DNA from: an uncultured Bacilli bacterium
GTDB taxonomy: Bacteria; Bacillota_I; Bacilli_A; RFN20; CAG-826
Reading direction: 5' to 3'
DNA: 64,000 nucleotides
NCBI GenBank assembly: GCA_944358895.1
Contig: CALVSB010000006.1
Span: 8,573-72,572, forward strand
The translations under genes were made by a program, and so were the position numbers. Numbering within the stretch: position 1 is the stretch's first letter; each line of letters starts with the position of its first letter. Below are positions 52,781 to 61,667 of the stretch, piece after piece. The notes beneath the pieces are model-generated. The model was not told the DNA's origin. It saw only the letters and a list, made by a program, of their open reading frames with translations, and did not search any database.

Positions 52781-54613
52781 ATGGGAAAACCCTTCATCCT
52801 CAATCTCGTTCACCGTCTCGAGCTCTCGCCCGAGTACTCGCAGAAGACCAACGGGGCCGGCGGCAAGGAAGATGCCTTCACCGGCGCCCTCACCTCGGAA
52901 TCGGTCGAGATTTTCAAGACCCAGCAGCGCCTTGCCCACGAAAACGGGCTCAAGACGACGATCCAGCTGACTTATGCCTCTCTCTTCTCCGACGAATGCA
53001 TCGAGCTCGCCAAGGCCGACCACGAGAAGTACGGCGACGAGATCAGCCTCTCGCTCCTCGGCCTTCCCTGCCCCGAATTCAAGAGCAAGTACAAGACCAA
53101 GGACTTCTGCATCTGGATGTTCTCGGAGGACGACAAGCGGGCGATCATCGACGATGTCTTCGGCCTCTTCAAAAAGAAACTCGGCTTTTATCCGCATAGC
53201 ACCGGGAGCTACTACCTCGATGCCTATTGCCTCAATTACATCCACGAGAAATATCCCTCGGTGAAGGCGGCGGTGGCCACTTGCTTCGAGGAAGGCCCCA
53301 AGGCTTACCACACCTGCAACAACTCTTGGTACACCTTCCTCGACGGCGGCCCCTGGAATCCTTGGATCCCGAGCAAGGAGAACACCCATTGCCCGGCTTC
53401 CGATGCCAAGGACGACTGCGGCATCGTCTGCATTCCTCACCTCTCGCGGGACGTAATGGCCTGCTTCGACGGGAACGGCAGCAACTTCGGGACCCACCCG
53501 CAGAACGTCCTCCGGGGCATGATCTACGACCACAAGAGACGGATTCCTTACCTCTATAACCTCATCGACCAGTACCGCCATCTCGGCAAGTGGAACCGCT
53601 ATGCCTACAACATGATGTTCGTCGGTCCGGGCTGGATGAACCGCTCGGGCCGCTGGGAAGTCCCCTACGAAGGCCTCTACAAGAGCTACGAGGACGCGAT
53701 GCGCTACTACGGCAAGCTCAAGAAGGAAGGCCTCCTCATCGACATGACGATGGAGGAGTTCGCCGACTTCTACCGGATCGGCCTCGATTACCAGGAGCCG
53801 GAACGCTGCCTCTGGAAAGACATCCTATATGGATCGACCAAGCAGTACTTCTGGTATCTCGATCCCCATTTCCGGACCTGCCTCGACATGAACCAAGGCG
53901 GGGCCATGATCGACCTTCGCCCTTATGCCGCGAAGCTTCCGTGGAAAGTCGGGATCGGGACCCGCTCGGTCTACGATGCCAGCTATCCCTATCTCATCCA
54001 AGCCAACTACCGGGCCGGCTACTTCACCCACTATGCGGGCGAAGGGACGGTCAAGTCCTACAAGGTCAAGCACGGAAGCGAAGCCTATGACGGCTGTCTC
54101 CAGCGGACGATGGCCAGATGCGACGTCCTCGAAAACGGGGACACCCTCCTCACCCTCGACCCGGTGACCTTCGCCTTCTCCGACCTCAGCTGCGACGTCG
54201 TCTCCCGTTTCCTCTTCAAGAAGGGCGAAGGGAAGATCGAAATCACCCGCGAGATCACGCGGATCGAAGGCAAGGGCGAAGTCGAGATCGAGGAATACTT
54301 CACCGGGGCCTTCGGTATCAACGAATACCAAAGCGACATGAGCAAGATCGTGCTCACTAGCGACGGCGAAAGCGGCCATCAGGAAATCCATTACGCCTAT
54401 AAGTGCCGCGCCCTCCATGAGGAAAAAGCCTCGCAAATCGCCGCTCTAATTCCCGATGTCGACACCTTGCTCAGCATGGGAAGCGACGAGATGGTGGCCG
54501 GGAACGTCGAGGAAGGCTATGCCTTCTCGCCGTGCTACCGGCTCGCGCTCAGCAAGAAATTCACCAGCAAAGGAGAACTAAGGACATGGCTCAGTCTAAG
54601 AAAGGCAAGCTGA
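52781..54613 (+). CDS. Cytoplasmic protein of unknown function, 610 aa
   Basis: AGGAGA SD, no signal peptide, no family recognised by eye. Embedded between GH53 genes. Confidence 0.8.
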   Translation: MGKPFILNLVHRLELSPEYSQKTNGAGGKEDAFTGALTSESVEIFKTQQRLAHENGLKTTIQLTYASLFSDECIELAKADHEKYGDEISLSLLGLPCPEFKSKYKTKDFCIWMFSEDDKRAIIDDVFGLFKKKLGFYPHSTGSYYLDAYCLNYIHEKYPSVKAAVATCFEEGPKAYHTCNNSWYTFLDGGPWNPWIPSKENTHCPASDAKDDCGIVCIPHLSRDVMACFDGNGSNFGTHPQNVLRGMIYDHKRRIPYLYNLIDQYRHLGKWNRYAYNMMFVGPGWMNRSGRWEVPYEGLYKSYEDAMRYYGKLKKEGLLIDMTMEEFADFYRIGLDYQEPERCLWKDILYGSTKQYFWYLDPHFRTCLDMNQGGAMIDLRPYAAKLPWKVGIGTRSVYDASYPYLIQANYRAGYFTHYAGEGTVKSYKVKHGSEAYDGCLQRTMARCDVLENGDTLLTLDPVTFAFSDLSCDVVSRFLFKKGEGKIEITREITRIEGKGEVEIEEYFTGAFGINEYQSDMSKIVLTSDGESGHQEIHYAYKCRALHEEKASQIAALIPDVDTLLSMGSDEMVAGNVEEGYAFSPCYRLALSKKFTSKGELRTWLSLRKAS

Positions 54614-54849
54614 ATTACCGCTGCCCCTCGTGCTTCATCCGGGACATCGACATCGACATGTTCTACGACGAGAAAAAGAAGGAATACTACTGCCTCCGGT
54701 GCTGCTTCCACGGCAGCGAGGAAGAAGTCCTCCGCCTCAACGACATGCTGAAGTTCCGCTACAAGTGGATGGAGAAGCGGGTGCTCGATTTCGGGGACGA
54801 CGACAAGGCCCCGAAGGTCGAGGACTATAAAGGCGAGGAAGAAAAATGA
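54586..54849 (+). CDS. Zinc-ribbon mini-protein, 87 aa
   Basis: CPSC-x23-CLRC four-Cys pattern, AAAGGAGAA SD. Start overlaps the upstream gene by 28 nt and its stop overlaps the next start (ATGA). Confidence 0.55.
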   Translation: MAQSKKGKLNYRCPSCFIRDIDIDMFYDEKKKEYYCLRCCFHGSEEEVLRLNDMLKFRYKWMEKRVLDFGDDDKAPKVEDYKGEEEK

Positions 54850-55955
54850 AGCTCGGCGTCGATCTTTCCACCTACCTCGAGGAAAAGGCCCTCGGGGCCA
54901 AGTGGTACGTGAAAGGAACCGAGGTCGATCCCTTCCAAGCCTTCCGCTCCAATGGGGTCGACTATCTCCGCCTCCGGGTTTGGAACAATCCCTATGGCAA
55001 AAGCGGAGCCCCCTTCCTCGGCGGGACCAACGACCGGGAAAAGCTTCTCAAGTGTGCCCTGAAGGGCACGAAGCTCGGTTACGGCATCGTCATCGACTTC
55101 CACTATAGCGACTTCTGGTGCGACCCGGGCAAACAGTACCTTCCCCGGTCGTGGGAACATCTCGATTTCGAGGGAGTTAAGGCCGCTTTGCGGAGATTTA
55201 CCTCCGAAACCCTTCTCCTTCTCAAGGATGCCGGTGTCAAAGTCCATGCCGTCCAGGTCGGGAACGAAATCACCAACGGCTTCCTCTGGCCCCTCGCCAA
55301 ACTGAACGGGGAAGCCCCGAGCCGGACCGGCTACGAAGCTCTCGCCGCCCTCCTCAAGGAAGGCGCCGAAGCGGTGAAGAGCGTCTATCCGGATGCCCTC
55401 GTCATCTTCCATCTCGAGAACAGCGGCAACCGCCTTGTCCTCGACGAGTGGTTCTCGAAAATCACCGAGCTCGGCGTCCCCTTCGACGTCATGGGGCTCT
55501 CCTATTACCCCTACTGGCACGGTCCGATGGCCAACTTCTTCGAAAACGTCATTTATCTGAAAGACAAGTTCAAGAAGGATGTCGCCGTCATGGAAACCGG
55601 CTTCGCCTTCACCCTCAAGGACTACGAGAGCGGGGACAAGGCCCAGCAGCTCGTCGTGAACGAAGAAGCCGCGGCCAAGATGAAGGAAAACCTCCCTTAC
55701 GAGTGTACTCCGGAAGGGCAGCGCCTCTATGTGAAGGACTTCCTTGCCCGCGCCCGGGAAGCCGGCGTGAGCGAGGTCTACTACTGGGAACCGGCTTGGA
55801 TCCCGGTCAAGGGGGCCGGCTGGGCTTCCCTTGAAGGCCAAGCCTACGTCCATCAAGCCGAGATCAAGGAATCCCGGAACGAATGGGCCAACCAGATCCT
55901 CTTCGATTACGAAGGCGAGGCTACCCCGGCCTTCGGCGAATACAAAAACAATTGA
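54846..55955 (+). CDS. GH53 galactanase paralog without signal peptide (cytoplasmic)
   Basis: GVDLSTYLE, YLRLRVWNNP, DFHYSDFWCDPGKQ, VQVGNEITNG and VAVMETGFAF. Both catalytic Glu retained. Confidence 0.9.
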   Translation: MKLGVDLSTYLEEKALGAKWYVKGTEVDPFQAFRSNGVDYLRLRVWNNPYGKSGAPFLGGTNDREKLLKCALKGTKLGYGIVIDFHYSDFWCDPGKQYLPRSWEHLDFEGVKAALRRFTSETLLLLKDAGVKVHAVQVGNEITNGFLWPLAKLNGEAPSRTGYEALAALLKEGAEAVKSVYPDALVIFHLENSGNRLVLDEWFSKITELGVPFDVMGLSYYPYWHGPMANFFENVIYLKDKFKKDVAVMETGFAFTLKDYESGDKAQQLVVNEEAAAKMKENLPYECTPEGQRLYVKDFLARAREAGVSEVYYWEPAWIPVKGAGWASLEGQAYVHQAEIKESRNEWANQILFDYEGEATPAFGEYKNN

Positions 55956-55971
55956 TGGAAAGGAGATCAGC

Positions 55972-57195
55972 ATGAACAAAGCCATCAAAGTCATCTTCCC
56001 GGTCCTCGCGGCCGCCTCCATCCTTGCCTCTTGCACCCCCGAAACCGCGGGCGGCGGCAGCGGTACCATCAACCTCCTCATTTGGGAAGACGCGAGCAAT
56101 ATCGAGACCCTTGAGAAGATTGCCGAGTACTTCAAGGCCGACTACAAGCGCGCCTATCCTCTCGCCCCGGACATCGAGTTCACCTTCGAGGCTCGGAACG
56201 AAGCGGCGGCGGTGAGCGACCTACTCACCATCGGCGAGTCGGGCGAAGGCCCCGACATCGCGGCCATCACGTCCGACACCCTCGCGACGGCCGTCCGGAG
56301 CAACCTCGTGGCCCCCGTTTCCTACGACGAGGAGATCAAAAACTGCTTCGAGCCGGAGGTCGTGAGCAATGTCACGATCGACGGGGACGTCTACGCCTAC
56401 CCGATCACGGCCGAGTCGCAGACGATCATGTACAACAAGGAAGAAGTCACCGATCCCTCGATCTTCGACAGCTTCGAAAGCCTCCTCGCCTCGGGCGAAA
56501 GCATCGCCTGGGACGTCAACGACGAAGACTGTGCCTACTACTGCTTCGGCTTTTTGACCGACGCCGACCTCTTCGGGGAAGACGGGACCGATGCCTCGAG
56601 CCTCGACCTCGATACCGACAAGGGCTCGAAGAACCTCCTCGATGCCTTCACGACCTACCGTTCGGCCATCACCCCGGCCGCGCCGGAAACGGCCGCGGCG
56701 CTCCTTGCCGCCGGCGAAGTCGCGGGCATCGTCACCTCCCCTTTCCTTTACCAGACCCTCGCCAATAGCATCGGGGCCGAAAACGTCGGCCTCCACAAGC
56801 TCCCGACCATCAACGGGGAAGAGATGCGCCCCTTCTCCGGCTATAAGGAATACGTCGTCTCGAGCTACAGCAGCCAGCCGGCCATCGCCCAGATGTTTGC
56901 CAACTACATCGTCAACCCGGACAGCCAGATCGAGCGGATGCTCGACCTCAACTACCTCCCGACCCGTTACGACGGCGACGTCAACGAGTTCCTGACCGAC
57001 AACGAGATTCTCGAAACCTACAAGGCTTCCTACGACCTCTCCAAGCCGATGCCGACGATTGAGCAGATGGGTTACTACTGGTCCCCGATGATCAACTTCT
57101 GCAAGGCGATGTGGAATGCCGGGACCTCGCTTACCCTCGAGCAGGTCAAGACCGGCCTCCAGGAAGTCGAAGACACGATCAAAGGCAACAACTGA
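55972..57195 (+). CDS. ABC sugar-binding lipoprotein (MalE/CycB/GanS-like)
   Basis: Lipobox LASC, family-1 solute-binding protein pattern, GGAGA SD. Confidence 0.9.
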   Translation: MNKAIKVIFPVLAAASILASCTPETAGGGSGTINLLIWEDASNIETLEKIAEYFKADYKRAYPLAPDIEFTFEARNEAAAVSDLLTIGESGEGPDIAAITSDTLATAVRSNLVAPVSYDEEIKNCFEPEVVSNVTIDGDVYAYPITAESQTIMYNKEEVTDPSIFDSFESLLASGESIAWDVNDEDCAYYCFGFLTDADLFGEDGTDASSLDLDTDKGSKNLLDAFTTYRSAITPAAPETAAALLAAGEVAGIVTSPFLYQTLANSIGAENVGLHKLPTINGEEMRPFSGYKEYVVSSYSSQPAIAQMFANYIVNPDSQIERMLDLNYLPTRYDGDVNEFLTDNEILETYKASYDLSKPMPTIEQMGYYWSPMINFCKAMWNAGTSLTLEQVKTGLQEVEDTIKGNN

Positions 57196-58964
57196 TGAAG
57201 AGCGAAGCCGCCACGACATATCGGCCCTCGAACTTCGTCGAACGCATTGCCTTGGCCCTCCACGCCTGGAAGGAAACCTTCAAGGCGACCGACGGCCTCG
57301 GGAAGGCGGGCATGGCCATCAACCTCCCCCTTCCCGGCCTCGGCAGCGCGCTTCTCGGCCGTTTGGAAAAAGGCCTCCTGGCCTTCCTTGCCTATTTCTT
57401 CGTCTGGTTTCTTGCCATCTACGTCGGAATCCAGAAAGGAGCGGGGATCCAACTCGACGATTTCTCCCTCGCCATCCTCTACCTCGTTTTGATCCTGGCC
57501 CTTGGCTTCATGTACGTCTCGGCCTTCCTCACCTCGATCGAGAAAGGCTACGAACGGGCCAAGGACCCGCATCGATACTATCTCGAAAGCTTCTTCCAGC
57601 ATGGCCTTTCTTCTCTCTATAAGGGAACGAAGAAATACTTCGCGGCCTACCTGAAAGCCTATGAGGGCGGGACCAAAAAGGAACAGACGCTTCTATTGAC
57701 CTCCTGGTTCATCATGGGGGTGAGCGAACTCGGCTACCGGCAGTTCGTCCGGGGCCTCGTCTACCTTCTTTCCGAGGCCGGGGTCATCATCTATCTCATC
57801 CTCCGGGGCTTCTACGACATCGGCGTCCTCTTCCGCCTCGATGTCCTTTCCTCCCCGAACGGGGCCTTCGTCTACGGCATCATTGCCCTCTTCCTTGTCC
57901 TCTACCTCGTCTTTGCCTATTTCTCGCACCTCCGGACGGTCCTTTCCCTCACCGAGGCCGAGCAGAAAGGCAAGGCGGAAACCCCGAGGGGCGAGCTTTC
58001 CTCCCTCATCAACGACCGTTTCTCGGTCGTGGGGCTCACCATTCCGGTTCTCGGGGCTATCGCCTTCACGATCATCCCGATTACCTTCATGATCCTCACG
58101 GCCTTCACCAACTACTCCCTCAAGACGGTGAGCGGCTACGAGAACTACGACCCGCACCTCGGGATCCCCCTCCATTGGAGCGGCCTCGAGGCCTTCGAGC
58201 GGCTCTTCGCCAACAGCTCCTCCCTCGTCGACATGGTCAATGTCTTCGGCTGGACGATCGTCTGGGCGACGGTGGCCACCTTCACCTGCTATTTCGGCGG
58301 TCTCCTCTTGGCTCTTCTTCTCAACAAGAAAGCCATCAAGGGCAAGGTCGTCTACCGCTCGATCTTCGTCGTGGCGATGGCCCTTCCCCAGTTCGTCTCC
58401 CTCCTGGTGGTCCGCTCGATGTTTGACCGCTATGGCATCGTGAACAACATCCTCCTCGAGTTGGGATGGCTGACCGAGCGCTTTGACTTCTGGTCCGATG
58501 GGACGGCGGCCAAAATCCTCATCCTCGTAGTCAACATGTGGGTTGGCATTCCCTACTACATGCTTCTCATGAGTGGCCTTCTCCTGAACATCCCGAAGGA
58601 TCAGTACGAAGCGGCCGACATCGAAGGGGCGACCGGTTGGCAGAAGTTCACCTCCATCACCTTCCCGGAGATCTTCTTCATGACGACGCCGGTCCTCATC
58701 ACGAGTTTTGTCAACAACATCAATAACTTCAACGTCATCTGGTTCCTGACCGGTGGGGGTACCGTCTCGACCATTTCAGGAACGGCCGGGAACACGGACA
58801 TCCTGATTACCTGGCTCTACAAACTGACCTTCCAGGCCGGAGCCTCGCCCGATTACAACCTCGCGGCCGTCGTCGGGATCATCATGTTCGTCATCTCGGC
58901 GACCTGCTCCCTCGTCATCTTCCAGCGTTCGAAGGCTTATAGGGCCGAGGAGGAATACCGCTAA
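57195..58964 (+). CDS. ABC sugar permease, MalF/GanP-like with extended N-terminal membrane region
   Basis: EAADIEGATGWQKFTSITFPEI EAA loop, multi-TM. The ATG shares one base with the upstream stop (TGATG). Confidence 0.9.
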   Translation: MKSEAATTYRPSNFVERIALALHAWKETFKATDGLGKAGMAINLPLPGLGSALLGRLEKGLLAFLAYFFVWFLAIYVGIQKGAGIQLDDFSLAILYLVLILALGFMYVSAFLTSIEKGYERAKDPHRYYLESFFQHGLSSLYKGTKKYFAAYLKAYEGGTKKEQTLLLTSWFIMGVSELGYRQFVRGLVYLLSEAGVIIYLILRGFYDIGVLFRLDVLSSPNGAFVYGIIALFLVLYLVFAYFSHLRTVLSLTEAEQKGKAETPRGELSSLINDRFSVVGLTIPVLGAIAFTIIPITFMILTAFTNYSLKTVSGYENYDPHLGIPLHWSGLEAFERLFANSSSLVDMVNVFGWTIVWATVATFTCYFGGLLLALLLNKKAIKGKVVYRSIFVVAMALPQFVSLLVVRSMFDRYGIVNNILLELGWLTERFDFWSDGTAAKILILVVNMWVGIPYYMLLMSGLLLNIPKDQYEAADIEGATGWQKFTSITFPEIFFMTTPVLITSFVNNINNFNVIWFLTGGGTVSTISGTAGNTDILITWLYKLTFQAGASPDYNLAAVVGIIMFVISATCSLVIFQRSKAYRAEEEYR

Positions 58965-59845
58965 TGGCTAGCAAAGTGGCATCCAAGAAGGAAAAGTCCC
59001 TCCGTCGGAGCCGGATCGTCGATGCGGTGTGGAGCAACGCCCTCGTCATCGTCCTCTCGATCCTCTGGCTCATCCCGGTCTTCTTCGTCATCATCTTCTC
59101 CTTCAGCGACCAGAAGACCTTCTTCCTCGCCAACAGCATCCTTCCGACCGGCTATACCTTCGACAACTACATCCGCATTTTCACGGAAGAAGACCGGATC
59201 ATCATGTTCCCCCATTGGTATGGGAACACCTTGATCCTCTCGATCTGCAACTGCGTCCTCGTCACCTTCTTCACCGTCATCACGGCCTTCATCCTCTCGC
59301 GCTTCCGCTTCAAGGGAAGGAAGGCCCTCATGAACATCACGATGGTGCTCGGCATGTTCCCGGGCTTCATGTCGATGGTGGCCGTCTACCTCATCCTTTC
59401 CCTCCTTGGGTTGCTGGGCTCCTACTGGGCGATGCTCGTCTATTGGGTGGCCGGAGCGGGGCTCGGCTACTTCGTGACGAAAGGCTATTTCGATACCATT
59501 TCGAATGACATCGACGAAGCCGCGAAGCTCGACGGCGCCTCCCAGGCCCGCCTCTTCTTCCAGATCTACATCCCACTGGCCAAGCCGGTCATCATCTACA
59601 CGGCTCTCATGGCTTTCATGAGTCCGTGGGCCGACTACATCCTTTCCTCGATCGTCATCTCGAGCAACGAGGCCAGGACCATTGGCTACGGCCTCTACAA
59701 CCTCATGACGCCCGACAACATCAACAACTACTTCACCCGCTTCTGCGCGGCCAGCGTCATCGTGGCCGTGCCGATCGTGGCCCTCTACATCGGTCTCCAG
59801 CGCTTCTTCGTCGCCGGGATCGCGGCCGGGGCCGTCAAGGGATAA
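58964..59845 (+). CDS. ABC sugar permease, MalG/GanQ-like
   Basis: EAAKLDGASQARLFFQIYIPLAKP EAA loop, six TM. Start overlaps the upstream stop (TAATG). Confidence 0.9.
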   Translation: MASKVASKKEKSLRRSRIVDAVWSNALVIVLSILWLIPVFFVIIFSFSDQKTFFLANSILPTGYTFDNYIRIFTEEDRIIMFPHWYGNTLILSICNCVLVTFFTVITAFILSRFRFKGRKALMNITMVLGMFPGFMSMVAVYLILSLLGLLGSYWAMLVYWVAGAGLGYFVTKGYFDTISNDIDEAAKLDGASQARLFFQIYIPLAKPVIIYTALMAFMSPWADYILSSIVISSNEARTIGYGLYNLMTPDNINNYFTRFCAASVIVAVPIVALYIGLQRFFVAGIAAGAVKG

Positions 59846-59849
59846 CGAC

Positions 59850-61592
59850 ATGAAAAAGACTTATTGGCTCTTGCTTCCCCTCTTGGCCCTCGCTTCCTGC
59901 CAGGGCCTTCTCGGGAGCTCCTCGAGCGAAGAAACGGTTTCGTCGAACGAAGCCTCTTCCTCGTCTTCGCCTTTAACGGGATCTTCTTCGGAGGAAGAAG
60001 TGCTCTCTTCGTCCTCCGAGGAAGAATCTTCCTCTTCTTCCAACGAGGAAACCCCGCAAAAAGCCCTTCAAATTGCCGATATCAAGAACATCCTCGTCTA
60101 CTATGGCCTCCTCGACGGATCGGCTCCCTTTGAGCCGGTGGCGCCCGAGGTCAAGGATCAAGACGACAATATCGTTCCTCTCGAGGACGTTACTTTCAGC
60201 TTCGAAGGCGACGATATCCGTTACGAAAACGGGGGCTTCATTGGCCTCCGGGGCGGGACCTCGACGACGGTAACCGCGATCTCGAAAGACGGGGCGACCG
60301 GCACCTTCACGGTGAGCGTCTACAACCGTGAGTACCGGGAAAAGCACGAAACGGCCGCGACCTCGGAAGGGTGGTACGGCGACATCGACATCGACCCGAT
60401 CGCTTCCCTCGAGGAAGGATTCGCCAGCGGGATCGACATCTCCTCGTCTCTTTCCATCTACGAATCGTGCGGCCGTTACTACGGAGCCTTCTACAACGAG
60501 AACGGCGAAGAGCAGTCCCTTTACCAGATCTTGGCCGACAACGGGGTCAACTGGATTCGCCTCCGCCTCTGGGTCGACCCCTATAACCACAATCTCCTCG
60601 ACGAGGATGGGAACCCGACGCCTTACGGCGGCGGCATCTGCGACTACGAGCACGTCGAGTGGATGGCCCACGAGGCCAAGATGGCCGGGCTCAAGGTCCT
60701 CCTCGACTTCCATTACAGCGACTTCTACACCGATCCGAGCAACCAGGTAATTCCCAAGGCTTGGGCCAACATCACCTCAGCCGAGGAAATGGGCAACAAG
60801 ATTTACGAATATACCAATTCGACTCTTCTTAGTCTCAAAGAGGCCGATGCCCTTCCCGATGCCGTCGCCCTCGGCAACGAGACGACGACTGGGATGCTTA
60901 CCCAGCTCCCGGGGACCGACGGGAATAGCCTCACCGGCGACAATCCCGGCTACATCACCGGCAAAAGGAGCGCGCCGAGCAGCATCGCCGGATCGGCCTA
61001 CAGCGATAATTTCCACCTTTACATCCGGAAGGCCAACCAGGCCGTCAAGGACGTGAGCGCGGCCATCCTCACGATGGTCCACATGGCCCGGGGCCTCACG
61101 GCGACCGACAACATCATCGGCTACTATAACGACCTCGCCGGGATCAACTTCGACATCATCGGCCTCTCGGGCTATGTCTATTACCAGTGGCAGAATCCCT
61201 CGACCCTGAGGAACGCCCTGAATACCATCAGCGCGGCTTTCCCGACCAAGAAGATTTCGATTGCCGAGCATAGCTACGGGTTTACCTACGAAAGCGATAC
61301 CCAGGGGAACTTCACCTTCTCCGACTGGCCCGATGCGACGGCCACGGCCGTCTCTTCCTTCGAGGTCTCGATCCAAGGGCAGGCCGATTGCATCAGAACC
61401 CTGACCGAGGCCGTGGCCGATCTCGACAACGGCTGGGGCGCCTTCTACTGGGAGGGCGCGTGGCGGATCCGGACCGGCTGCGGCTGGGCTGACAGCGCCT
61501 CCAAGAATTCCTGGGCCAACCAAGGCCTCTTCTCCTACGACGGGAAGGCTCTCGGCAGTCTCAAGGTCTATTCCTTAATGTGGGGAAACTAA
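59850..61592 (+). CDS. Lipoprotein GH53 endo-beta-1,4-galactanase (third paralog) with N-terminal Ig-like domain
   Basis: Lipobox LASC, Ser/Glu linker. GIDISSSLSIYE, WIRLRLWVDP, DFHYSDFYTDPSNQ, VALGNETTTG and ISIAEHSYGF. Confidence 0.9.
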   Translation: MKKTYWLLLPLLALASCQGLLGSSSSEETVSSNEASSSSSPLTGSSSEEEVLSSSSEEESSSSSNEETPQKALQIADIKNILVYYGLLDGSAPFEPVAPEVKDQDDNIVPLEDVTFSFEGDDIRYENGGFIGLRGGTSTTVTAISKDGATGTFTVSVYNREYREKHETAATSEGWYGDIDIDPIASLEEGFASGIDISSSLSIYESCGRYYGAFYNENGEEQSLYQILADNGVNWIRLRLWVDPYNHNLLDEDGNPTPYGGGICDYEHVEWMAHEAKMAGLKVLLDFHYSDFYTDPSNQVIPKAWANITSAEEMGNKIYEYTNSTLLSLKEADALPDAVALGNETTTGMLTQLPGTDGNSLTGDNPGYITGKRSAPSSIAGSAYSDNFHLYIRKANQAVKDVSAAILTMVHMARGLTATDNIIGYYNDLAGINFDIIGLSGYVYYQWQNPSTLRNALNTISAAFPTKKISIAEHSYGFTYESDTQGNFTFSDWPDATATAVSSFEVSIQGQADCIRTLTEAVADLDNGWGAFYWEGAWRIRTGCGWADSASKNSWANQGLFSYDGKALGSLKVYSLMWGN

Positions 61593-61667
61593 CCGAGATT
61601 CTCCCATATTTTCCTCCTTTGTCTATCAATAGAATGTAACCGCTTTCCTAAAAGCAGAAAGGCTCAT

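Noticed and set aside
50612-53581. 989-aa antisense ORF spanning two genes of the galactan locus. Similar long minus-strand ORFs occur at 44735-46198, 29955-31214, 54825-56135, 8586-9914, 35106-36089 and 61881-62810, among others.
   Set aside because: They lie exactly opposite well-supported genes with recognisable motifs. Their products are low-complexity (Gly/Asp/Glu/Val/Arg-rich) and they lack SD sequences. They are the expected by-product of strong G/C third-position bias, which removes stop codons from the antisense frame.
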